Shown: one piece after another, positions 1-8,305 of the stretch | How positions within the stretch are numbered: position 1 is the stretch's first letter | Layout: every line of letters begins with the position of its first letter | DNA from: Macrostomum hystrix | Lineage: Eukaryota; Animalia; Platyhelminthes | Reading direction: 5' to 3' | Assembly (NCBI GenBank): GCA_950097015.1 | Contig: CATNEN010000005.1 | Location: forward strand, 2,728,001-2,792,000 | DNA: 64,000 nucleotides | Position numbers and translations under genes: made by a program | Notes under the pieces: model-generated | The model's input: the letters and a program-made list of their open reading frames with translations, nothing else | What the model was told of the DNA's origin: nothing | Databases searched by the model: none

Positions 1-3000
1 CGTTTTTAACAACATGTTTTGGGATTCCTTTTGATTTTTTAATGGTAGACTTACAACTTTTTACAAAATAGGACTTTGCCCTCAAACCGATAAACTCTGT
101 AATGAGGGTGCCAGCCGTTTCATCCTTCATTTTTCCTACAACTTTTTGATTTCCAGTGTCGCGTACTTGATCACCTTTCAAAGTCTTGAAGGACTCTGGA
201 TATTCGGATAGGTCATACAGATGTTTTTGATTCAACATGTCCTGATAGACATCCTCAGTCTGTATGTTTAGAATTAGGGAGTCTGTGTCAGTATATAGAA
301 GTTTCAGTTGTTCACCATATTGCCGCTTCATGTCATAGAAGAATTTATACATCAGACGCTTCGACTCATCGAGTACAGTCACACCTGTGAATATCGGCTT
401 GCATAGGGTAACTTTAGTCTTATAGAACAGTATGGCACCCAAGTAATCATTAAAGATATGAAGCTCTTTGAAAGTGGGCTTTGATAAACTTGTCTGAATA
501 GTACCAGGCTCATAACAGGTAACGAGCTTCAGGTTCGTGCGGTTGCGTTCGTTTTCTAGGGTCTTGCCATAGACAGAGTTGTTTGCAAGCTTGAACAGGT
601 CCTTGTCAAAGCTGTTTGTTGCTTTAGTTCTAAACTGGGTGTTTTTTTCTATGTATGGCTTCATCCACGCTTCTTCTGTGAATGCGAGAGCCCTGTGAAC
701 TTTCGTGACCCTACAGCCTAGGGAGATAAAATACCGCAACAGTTTGTAGTGGATTTTATAGCGTGTCTTGTTCATGAGATTTTGTGTTAACTTTTTCACA
801 CGCTCTTTTTCTTTTTCAGATAGCTGCCAGCTTCCATCATTGTACTGGATTATCTTTGGACAGTTAATGTTCTCAGGGAAGGGGGCAAAGTCAGAAAAAT
901 TGTCGTGAAGTTCCCTTGGGATTTCAACATCAACTTCATAGATCGCAGGTATTGAAAAGTCGAGTTTATAAGTATCTAGCCACCTAAAATCTCTAACAGG
1001 TAAATCTTGGCTCATAGCCCAACCATAGAGGTTGTTGGCATCCAGATAAATGATGTAGTTTGAAGGCTTTTCTTTATCATAGTCTTCTAGATACGGATTG
1101 TTCGCCTTTGCATACCTATGGACACAAATAGAGATGCCACCTCTCTTAGATGAATCTATAAAGTTGTACATGTCTATGTCTGTAAGCAGCTCGATGTACC
1201 AGTTGGGATTTTGATCCCATTTCATTTTAAGCAATGATTCCCAACTGGTAGCAGGCAAAGACACATAATGAGCAGGGTCAAGACCATAAGCAGAGTACCA
1301 GGTCTTTCTAAAGGTTTCAAATACATCAGCTAGAAGAAAGACATCAGTCCAAAGGTAAAGCATGTGATAATCAAGAAAGTTTCGACAGTTAAAATGTTTG
1401 TAAACAGTCTGAGCATGCTCATAATCTTCATCAGAAATCCCAGAGTTTGTTAGCTTTGAAAAGAACTTGTCCTTGGGTGGTAGTGGTTCTGCAAAGACGT
1501 GATTACATTCATAAGGGTAGACACCTTTCTTTCTAAGAAACTTAAATGAATCTGGGGTTCTAGGATTGAGGGAATCTGCCAGCATCTTGGTATAAGTACA
1601 TTGGTCATCGGTGAGATTTTTACTCAAAGCATCGAGACTGGCGGCCAGAAACTGGAATGAATCTTTGATCTTAATCTTGCCTGAATCTCGCTTAATATCA
1701 ATGCACTTGAACTTTTCTTTGTTCTCTGCGATGCAATCTAGTTTAATGCCTGGTATCATACCCAGCTTCTCAACCAATAAGTGATAATCATATCCCCTTC
1801 CGTTATGGAAGAAAACGGTAAGGTCGCGGATGTTTTTCTGAAGTTTCAGATTACAGGTGTTATGAGCTGCCCCTCTAAATTTTCCTGTGAAGTGATCGTG
1901 GTCTCTGACTGTGTGGTTTTTGACGTCGCAGGGTGTTAATAGCTTTCGGCAAATGTGACAATGAGTTGCAGATCCGAAGTCGATTTCATCTTGATCGGAC
2001 ATAATTATTTGAACAGGCTGAATGGCAGCAACATTTTTCTGTAATTCCATCATCGAGTAAATGAATTGTTCAACACACTGGTCACCTAAGAAATAGTTTG
2101 AGCAAATAAAAGAGTCTCTTCCAATAAAGAGATACGCAACAGAATTTGGGACATGCTTATTGGTTTCAGGGTTTATAGTGCATTCAAAGTCAGCGTATAC
2201 TATAAACGGGAGCTTCTCCATCTTGTGATAACTCTTAAATCTGAGATGCTTATCCGTTGGAAGTGTGCAGTTGGTTGGATGATCTTCACAGGTCAGTTCA
2301 TGCTCTTTAAGTTTTTCATCACGATCGGGTCCACTATAATGCTTCAGACAAAGACGACAGATTGCTACCGATTCATGATGATTGTTCATTTGCTTGTGGA
2401 GGAGCCTGGAAAGATCTTTAATCCAAACGTAGTGGGCATTTTCTCGCAAATCACCTATGATTAGAAGATCGACATCTATGCGACGCCTACCTTCAGGATC
2501 TAGCGTGTTTTTACTGGCTCTGACTAATTGTACTTTTTCGCTCTTCTCATTCCATTCAAAGACTGTGATTCTGATTTTATTGTTAAATACTTCCTCTAGC
2601 TTTGGGATTTGATCGATTGCCAAGCCGCCTCTATTGAAGGAAATTCCTTTAGCACGGCATTCTAAAAGTTTTGCGTCAAAATACATTTTATAATGAGAAG
2701 TTCTCTCTGGGTGGGCTTGATCTTTCTCATACAATATTGCAGACAGAACGGCCCATAGTGCGCAGCATTGGTCATCATTTTGCACATTGATGCAAGCTTT
2801 TTTACTCGCTAGCTTTTTCGGGAGCTCAATATATGATGAAGCTTTGAGAGGGTCATATTTCATGATCATTACTGTAGCTTTTTGAATGCCATTGACAACC
2901 CAACCTGATCCTCTGGAAGTAAAGGCGTCAATCTTTTTACTGATCTCTTGAAGAAAGGGATCCTGTGTGTCAGTGGGAGTAAAGGGTAGAGCTTTAGTAG

Positions 3001-3601
3001 TCATGTAGTATTCAAGACGCTCAGTGGGTTTTGCAGGCATGTAAAATTCTATCTTGAATGATAACTGAAGCTTGAAGGTCTTACGTGACTTCAGTGTGTG
3101 ATCAATTACTGATTGAATTCTGTCTTTGAAGTCGTAAATGTCGGATTGGGAATTTGTGGTGTCTTCCTGTATTGTGTACTCAATATAATACTCTGTGAAT
3201 TTTCTCTGTGCAAATTTAAGGTCTTCAGTTTGTAGCTCTACTTGTAGCTCTGCTTCAACCTGGTGGATTGTACGTTCTAGATCTTCTTGCTCTTGCTTAT
3301 TCTGTGGGTATTTCAACACATTTTGACCTGTGAGTGTCTCATACTTATTGACTAAGCTGCGGCTCTTTTGTTGATGCTCAGCTGCAGGGTTCATCACGGG
3401 TGTGTACTGCTCTGAATGCAGAAGCTGATTAATAATTTCTTGCATCTTTGCATAGCTCCCGAGGTAGCCTGGATCTGTATTGAATTTCTGCCTGCAAAGC
3501 TCTTGCAAAACTTTACTTTTCTGCTGAAAAGAAGAGGCTTGAGGACAATAATTTTGAAAGAAAGATTCGACAAATTTTTTTTCTGGAATTGCTTTAGGCA
3601 T
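1..3601 (-). CDS. Protein-primed family B DNA polymerase (pPolB), 3' end beyond window start, >1200 aa
   Basis: ATG at 3601. Hand translation gave these motifs, all in one frame: GSGW...SSYIELP...CINVQNDD, ExoI VYADFE (~2200), ExoII FFHNGRGYD (~1810), motif A YLDANNLYGWAM (~1045), motif B KLANNSVYGKT (~590), motif C YTDTDS (~295). No stop seen in the segments translated. Absent from the ORF track, probably because the stop is outside the window. Confidence 0.95.
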   Translation of the reverse strand, partial: MPKAIPEKKFVESFFQNYCPQASSFQQKSKVLQELCRQKFNTDPGYLGSYAKMQEIINQLLHSEQYTPVMNPAAEHQQKSRSLVNKYETLTGQNVLKYPQNKQEQEDLERTIHQVEAELQVELQTEDLKFAQRKFTEYYIEYTIQEDTTNSQSDIYDFKDRIQSVIDHTLKSRKTFKLQLSFKIEFYMPAKPTERLEYYMTTKALPFTPTDTQDPFLQEISKKIDAFTSRGSGWVVNGIQKATVMIMKYDPLKASSYIELPKKLASKKACINVQNDDQCCALWAVLSAILYEKDQAHPERTSHYKMYFDAKLLECRAKGISFNRGGLAIDQIPKLEEVFNNKIRITVFEWNEKSEKVQLVRASKNTLDPEGRRRIDVDLLIIGDLRENAHYVWIKDLSRLLHKQMNNHHESVAICRLCLKHYSGPDRDEKLKEHELTCEDHPTNCTLPTDKHLRFKSYHKMEKLPFIVYADFECTINPETNKHVPNSVAYLFIGRDSFICSNYFLGDQCVEQFIYSMMELQKNVAAIQPVQIIMSDQDEIDFGSATHCHICRKLLTPCDVKNHTVRDHDHFTGKFRGAAHNTCNLKLQKNIRDLTVFFHNGRGYDYHLLVEKLGMIPGIKLDCIAENKEKFKCIDIKRDSGKIKIKDSFQFLAASLDALSKNLTDDQCTYTKMLADSLNPRTPDSFKFLRKKGVYPYECNHVFAEPLPPKDKFFSKLTNSGISDEDYEHAQTVYKHFNCRNFLDYHMLYLWTDVFLLADVFETFRKTWYSAYGLDPAHYVSLPATSWESLLKMKWDQNPNWYIELLTDIDMYNFIDSSKRGGISICVHRYAKANNPYLEDYDKEKPSNYIIYLDANNLYGWAMSQDLPVRDFRWLDTYKLDFSIPAIYEVDVEIPRELHDNFSDFAPFPENINCPKIIQYNDGSWQLSEKEKERVKKLTQNLMNKTRYKIHYKLLRYFISLGCRVTKVHRALAFTEEAWMKPYIEKNTQFRTKATNSFDKDLFKLANNSVYGKTLENERNRTNLKLVTCYEPGTIQTSLSKPTFKELHIFNDYLGAILFYKTKVTLCKPIFTGVTVLDESKRLMYKFFYDMKRQYGEQLKLLYTDTDSLILNIQTEDVYQDMLNQKHLYDLSEYPESFKTLKGDQVRDTGNQKVVGKMKDETAGTLITEFIGLRAKSYFVKSCKSTIKKSKGIPKHVVKN

Positions 3602-3725
3602 TTTTAATAAAAATTTTATAAAAAAAATTTAGGGTGGTCACCCTCAAGTGAAGTGCAAAGTATGGCAAACTACTACCAACAGTGCTAAATATAGTTATGA
3701 GAGCAGATTCTGTTCTGTTCTGTTT

Positions 3726-4142
3726 TCACATCCGGAGTATTGTAAATCCTGCTTTATGCAGTGTCATGATGGCTTTAACGATTTCTGATTTGCTGACTTC
3801 ATCATCAGATTCACAACTACCCCCGATTCTGACTCCTTTTTCTCTAGCGATTTTCTCCATCTCTTGTTGATGTGCTCTGTCATTGCCAGCCTTCACAGCT
3901 GATGCAACTCCGCCGGCTACACCTCCTGCAGCACCAAGAGCACCTGCGATGATGGGGATAAGAGTTAGCAAAGGAAGAATCCCACCTGTCTTCTCATCAG
4001 TGATATTGTGCGTTTGATTGTTACAATGGATCATTTGCTGGATTGGATCTACTTTGACTTTGACACCTTTAATTGATACAACTCCTGGCTTCTTAGAGTC
4101 GATAATTCGGCTGATTTTATTCACGGTTCTGGTTTCAATCAT
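3726..4142 (-). CDS. Adenovirus pX-like (core/membrane-active) virion protein, 138 aa
   Basis: GGILPLLTLIPIIAGALGAAGGVA closely resembles the adenovirus pX C-terminus (GGILPLLIPLIAAAIGAVPGIA). AT-rich ...ATAAAATG start context like the neighbouring genes. Confidence 0.7.
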   Translation of the reverse strand: MIETRTVNKISRIIDSKKPGVVSIKGVKVKVDPIQQMIHCNNQTHNITDEKTGGILPLLTLIPIIAGALGAAGGVAGGVASAVKAGNDRAHQQEMEKIAREKGVRIGGSCESDDEVSKSEIVKAIMTLHKAGFTILRM

Positions 4143-4159
4143 TTTATTTTTAAAAAAAT

Positions 4160-5149
4160 TTAATTTATTTCTGTGTCATGTGGAATCACTAGAAGCTCAG
4201 CCCTTGTGAATGATCGTGTGGGGGCTTTTGAATTAAAGTCTTGGGATGGAAAATAGTAATCACCGGATGCTGATGTGAAATGCCTGTTTATCTTATGTAC
4301 ATCAAGACTAAAGTATGGGTCTGTTGCTCTTCTCTTTGTGTCCTTCTCCAGCTCTCCTGGTAAGTAAAGGAAGCGAACGAATTCAGAGTTAGTAAGAATT
4401 TCCGGAGAATAAACGCCAGGGAGCTTTGGATAGTTGAAATTGGCGATCGGATGTTTTGATTTAACTGTGTCTTGTTTGATGGCAGTATTTGGTTTCAGGT
4501 TTGTCATTCGAGATACTTCATTGTTCAGTTGACTTATTACTGCGGGGAGTCTTTCTGTCCACTTGGTATAGTATTGGCCACTTTTTAGTTTCAGCTCTTC
4601 AGCTGTCTGCTTTGTGAAAAGTCTCTTTGCTAGAGTTAGATTGAATCTTTCAACAAAAGCCTGGTCTCTATGGAGCTCAGTTCTTCCGTAGCGCATTTTC
4701 GTATTGTTCTTTTCCATAAGGGATTTGACTGCCCCCATGAATTCTTTGCCAGGATCAGTCATAAAGGTTTGGGGGTATGTGAGCGGTGAGTTTTTGTAAA
4801 TGTCTTGGAGGGCAGCTGCTACTGCTTCTGACTTCTTAGTCTTAAGCGGTCTCGCTTCCTTATATCTGGAGGCAATGTCTATAACTGTGAGAGCATACTT
4901 GTAGCCTGAGTCATTGGGGAGAAACAGAAGATCTGCTTGGTGCGCTTCATTAGGTTTATAGATGTTAAAGTGAGGTCTTGCAAATTTAACAGGTGGGAAA
5001 TAGACTTGGTAAACTGCTTGCTTAGAGAGCCATCTTTCAACTGTTTGTTTTGATTCATTACTTAGTTCCGCGAGTTTGGTGACTGCATTTTTTCCTACAA
5101 AGAATCCTTTGTCGCTGTAGTAGAGCTTTTGAAGTTTCTGATCTGTCAT
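4160..5149 (-). CDS. Retroviral-like (rve, DDE) integrase of the Polinton, 329 aa
   Basis: Catalytic triad in QADLLFLP, FMTDPGKEF and VERFNLTL; YALTVIDIASRY segment; intact ORF. No obvious C-terminal chromodomain. Confidence 0.95.
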   Translation of the reverse strand: MTDQKLQKLYYSDKGFFVGKNAVTKLAELSNESKQTVERWLSKQAVYQVYFPPVKFARPHFNIYKPNEAHQADLLFLPNDSGYKYALTVIDIASRYKEARPLKTKKSEAVAAALQDIYKNSPLTYPQTFMTDPGKEFMGAVKSLMEKNNTKMRYGRTELHRDQAFVERFNLTLAKRLFTKQTAEELKLKSGQYYTKWTERLPAVISQLNNEVSRMTNLKPNTAIKQDTVKSKHPIANFNYPKLPGVYSPEILTNSEFVRFLYLPGELEKDTKRRATDPYFSLDVHKINRHFTSASGDYYFPSQDFNSKAPTRSFTRAELLVIPHDTEIN

Positions 5150-5175
5150 TATTTTTTATTTAATTTTTTATAAAA

Positions 5176-5619
5176 ATGATGCAACGCTTTGGTGGAAACT
5201 TAGACTCACATGGACTGGTAGAAAAGCTTCCTCATCCAAACAAAGGCTGGACAATTCCCGGCTACAAATATTGCGGGCCTTTGAATCCACTTGAAATACA
5301 GCTAGATAAAAACAATAATCCAAATCCTGGGCATGAGCCCGTGAACGAGCTAGACTCTGTCTGTATGTGGCATGATATTAAGTATAGGGATTTTCCAGAG
5401 GAGAAGACTCGCTGGGACAAAGAAATGCTCAGAATGCTAGACAATATGGGGGCTTCAAGCGGGTGGAGGGAATCGATCGCTCGGAAACTAGTTAAAGCTG
5501 TTATTTTTGGTAAGGCAAAGTTGGGGTTGGGGATTGGTGGGGTGGGCTTTGTATTGCATGCTCCAAGTAAAGAACTTGGAGCTCTGCTGAAAGAGCTGGG
5601 GGTTGAGAGAGCAGAATGA
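5176..5619 (+). CDS. Parvovirus VP1u-type phospholipase A2 domain protein (PLA2X-like), 147 aa
   Basis: PGYKYCGPLN Ca-binding loop and DSVCMWHDIKY catalytic HD motif, followed by RWDKEML. C-terminal KLGLGIGG motif. Confidence 0.85.
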   Translation: MMQRFGGNLDSHGLVEKLPHPNKGWTIPGYKYCGPLNPLEIQLDKNNNPNPGHEPVNELDSVCMWHDIKYRDFPEEKTRWDKEMLRMLDNMGASSGWRESIARKLVKAVIFGKAKLGLGIGGVGFVLHAPSKELGALLKELGVERAE

Positions 5620-5896
5620 TTCAAGCAAGCAAGATAAGCGACATGGCTAATCCTATACAGCGACCTCAAAATTCTGGGTAACAACACAGCCTTGCAGCAG
5701 AAGACCTTTCGTATGTGTTTTTAACTAATCCTATGCAACAATACAAAACAGCCGCAACAGAAACAGCTGGTTTCCGGGTAAGCGGCCCGCTTTTTCTCCC
5801 CCAAATTTGCTTTTTCACTCACCACGCAGAACAACTCCTAGCCACTCCGTTTTATTCTACGCTCTACCGAGCTCATTTTCTATTTTAGTCAAACTA

Positions 5897-6155
5897 CCAC
5901 CTCTGAAAATGAAACCGTTGGTTTCAAATTTTGAGGTGGGTGAATTGAATCCTGCACTGTTCCAACAACCACCTCAGAAAATGAAACCGTTGGTTTCAAA
6001 TTTTGAGGTGGGTAAATTGAATCCTGTACTGTTCCAACAACCACCTCAGAAAATGAAACCGTTGGTTTCAAATTTTGAGGTGGGCAATCAAAATGGCATA
6101 CATGTGAAACAACCACCCTAGAAAATGAAACCAGTGGTTTCGAAATTTGAGGTGG
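5897..6155. repeat. Array of four 43-bp imperfect palindromes separated by 29-bp spacers (72-bp period)
   Basis: CCACCTCAGAAAATGAAACC-GTT-GGTTTCAAATTTTGAGGTGG at 5897, 5969, 6041 and 6113; 17 of 20 arm positions pair. Spacers 1 and 2 differ at 2 positions; spacer 3 is largely different. Confidence 0.95.
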
Positions 6156-6158
6156 GTG

Positions 6159-6809
6159 TCAATTATGTTGTAAGTCAATTAAGTCAATTAAGTCTTCGTC
6201 TTCGTCCACTTCCTGTTGCAGCTTCACCAGGGCCTCTGGCAGGTATGCTATCATCGACTTCAGCTTGTGTAGGGACATTGCAGATCTTAGTAGCACCGGA
6301 TATTTCTCAGCCTGGTCAGCCAATTTCATCAGAAAGTTGGTCCACTGGCTGGTGAACGGCGCACGTCTTTTCAACTCGTTGAACTGTTCCTTAGAGAGAA
6401 CCCGCTCCATTCGCAGAAAGATCCTGCCGAGCTGTAGGCCGTTTGCAAAGCCTTGCTTACCACGCCGTTCAACTAGTTTATTAAGGTTGGCGATCTGTGT
6501 AAGCACCGCTTCGATCTGGAATGTGCCCTGCGCAAATTCTTGTGGAGAATGCTCAGGCACATGCTCACCGTTGACCTTGTAGGCCTTGCGCAACTCGTCC
6601 AGAGTCTTGTTGATTTGCGATTGCTTGTCGGCAGTTTTAGCTAGCCGATTGATTATAGTTGGTTTCGCGATGGGTGTCCGAGCAATTGCATTATATTTAT
6701 CGACCCAAACATTCCAATTGTCAAGATCTTTACTAGAAAAAACTGCCTTGATGAATTTCTCCAGATTTTCGATGTAAACGATGTCGCCTGCTGGCATTTC
6801 AACATCCAT
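6159..6809 (-). CDS. Polinton orphan protein, 216 aa, mostly helical; possible DUF3102-like HTH in the C-terminal half
   Basis: Intact ORF with TATAAAAA about 75-85 bp upstream (~6886-6893). LQLGRIFLRMERVLSKEQFNELKRRAPFTSQWTNFLMKLA loosely recalls the G-x2-L...F...S...M-x-LA pattern of DUF3102 as remembered; unverified. Confidence 0.6.
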   Translation of the reverse strand: MDVEMPAGDIVYIENLEKFIKAVFSSKDLDNWNVWVDKYNAIARTPIAKPTIINRLAKTADKQSQINKTLDELRKAYKVNGEHVPEHSPQEFAQGTFQIEAVLTQIANLNKLVERRGKQGFANGLQLGRIFLRMERVLSKEQFNELKRRAPFTSQWTNFLMKLADQAEKYPVLLRSAMSLHKLKSMIAYLPEALVKLQQEVDEDEDLIDLIDLQHN

Positions 6810-7063
6810 TGCAAGTTCCAGAGATTAGGCAGTTAAAAAAATAAGAAGTTCCTGCGTGCTCTGGGTGAATCACGTAACATGCTCTTTTTTATAAGGCCGA
6901 CCATAAAACTCCAACAAGGAACTTCTTTTTCTTTGGGTTGAGAACGGAGAGGAGAGAAATGTGTCTCGTTCACTCTAAATTCCTTTCCCGAGAGCACCAA
7001 CCAAAACTCAAACTAGGAGTTGTGAGTACTCCACAGAGAATCGATCGTTAGTCGAAAAAAAAC

Positions 7064-7300
7064 TTACAATTGCTTAATGATTTCTGCAAAGTTATAGTAG
7101 CTGTCGTAGTCCTTTATAATTGCTCCATACTTATGAAACCAGTGACTCTTGACTGATAGATTAATATTAGGGACATTGATATCGACGTTGGGACAATATT
7201 TCTTCATGTACTCGCTGCATTCTTTTTTGCATTGGTACTTACTCTTGTAATTAGGCTCATGACTTTTGTAATAAGATCCTGGAGAGACGATTGGGAGCAT
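7064..7300 (-). CDS. Small Polinton ORF (78 aa from ATG 7300), unknown function
   Basis: Start context TTATTAAAAATG is identical to that of PolB; Tyr/Lys/Cys-rich. Confidence 0.5.
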   Translation of the reverse strand: MLPIVSPGSYYKSHEPNYKSKYQCKKECSEYMKKYCPNVDINVPNINLSVKSHWFHKYGAIIKDYDSYYNFAEIIKQL

Positions 7301-7339
7301 TTTTAATAAGAATTTAATTTTTTTTCGGAGGATGAGCAC

Positions 7340-7755
7340 CCAAGGTTTGGGGTCTTGATTGGGATTTTAGTGCTAATTTGATTGTCTTGGCACGCTTTTT
7401 GCAGCTTCGCTATTTTGTGCATGATCTCTTAGGGAGTGGCTGCGATAATTTTTTTTGTCCAAGATGTGCAACTCACAAACTGGAAAGTATTTTTTTTTGG
7501 CGGGGGAACCTTGTTCCTTCAGGAAAGGTAATGGTTTGTGCATTAAGGAGGCTGCGATAATTTTTGTCCTAGATATTCAACTTACAAACTGATGTGGGAT
7601 ATTAAAAGTAGAGAATTTAGAATACGGAGACGGAGTTTTTAGAGGGGCGGGGACCCTTTTTTTCCTGATCTCTTCGGGAATAATAAAAGTAATGGTTTGT
7701 GGATAATGGAGGCTGCGATTATTTTTGTCCTAGAAGCCCCCTCTTGCATACTACT
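7340..7755. repeat. Probable terminal inverted repeat region of the Polinton, with internal sub-repeats
   Basis: Three copies of GGCTGCGAT(A/T)ATTTTT(T)GTCC(A/T)AGA at 7438, 7550 and 7711, two preceded by GTAATGGTTTGTG. Ends in TACTACT. The partner TIR is not in the window. Confidence 0.6.
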
Positions 7756-8305
7756 CACCTCAGACCTGACAATCGACGAAATTTGCCAGCCCGGCAACAT
7801 CCCATGGCTCGTTCCGTTCCTCTTGGCGACAAGACAAGCCACGTTTTTCCCGACCGAAGACAACGCTGCAGGACTGACCGGCGGACCTCCCTGGATGAGC
7901 ACCCTTGGCTCCACCATCATCACTGACGATCGCCTGTCTGAGGGACTACAGAGGTTAGGGGTAATGGGCGACTCTCGCCTCCCCGCTGTCAACCTACAGC
8001 TAAGTCAAGTAACTCAAAGTGCCTCTGCCGACGCCAATTCAAGAAAGTTATCTCAGACTCCGGAAGCGTGACAGTTAAATGGCATTTTGCTAGCGATAGA
8101 CAGGTGGTGTCCCCCTGGTTTGGTCTGCTATGTACGTGTGTGTGGGCCTGGGGTGAGTGAGAGGCACTCCGGCTGCCGCCCCCTTCTCCGCTTGGCTTGC
8201 TGCTGTGTGTGAGGTGCCTGAGTTCAGGTGTCCAGATGGCGACTCCCGCCTAGTTCCTGGGCTTGGGCGTCAAGTGCCCCAGGCCCCCTGCAAATAAGTA
8301 AGTTA
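7756..8305 (+). mobile_element. Possible 3' fragment of a non-LTR retrotransposon into which the Polinton inserted
   Basis: GC-rich. Open frame LTIDEICQPGNIPWLVPFLLATRQ resembles LINE ORF2 C-termini, and the segment ends in AAATAAGTAAGT like a (TAAG)n tail. Weak support. Confidence 0.25.

Larger units (their letters stand above)
1..7755. mobile_element. Polinton/Maverick (adintovirus-like) element, right portion; left part lies outside the window
   Basis: Cluster of pPolB, rve integrase, pX-like and PLA2 ORFs with very short AT-rich intergenic gaps. Ends at ...GCATACTACT 7755 (minus strand 5'-AGTAGTATGC), matching the known 5'-AG / (AGT)n Polinton termini. Sequence character changes abruptly after 7755. 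Confidence 0.92.

Noticed and set aside
2153-4209. Plus-strand ORFs at 2153, 3416, 3682 and 4018
   Set aside because: Antisense shadows of PolB, pX and integrase with no motifs.
6088-6100. 13-bp match of spacer 3 (TCAAAATGGCATA) to host 51575-51587 beside the MULE insertion
   Set aside because: An AT-rich 13-mer in 128 kb of two-strand sequence is plausible by chance, and the flanks do not extend the match.
5897-6155. Calling the palindrome array a true CRISPR
   Set aside because: Eukaryotic viral context, no cas genes, only four repeats, and spacers 1 and 2 are near-duplicates. Kept as an unexplained array instead.
5807-6582. ORFs 5807-6121, 5889-6116, 6125-6355 and 6265-6582
   Set aside because: Products of the 72-bp repeat period or antisense to the 216-aa gene.
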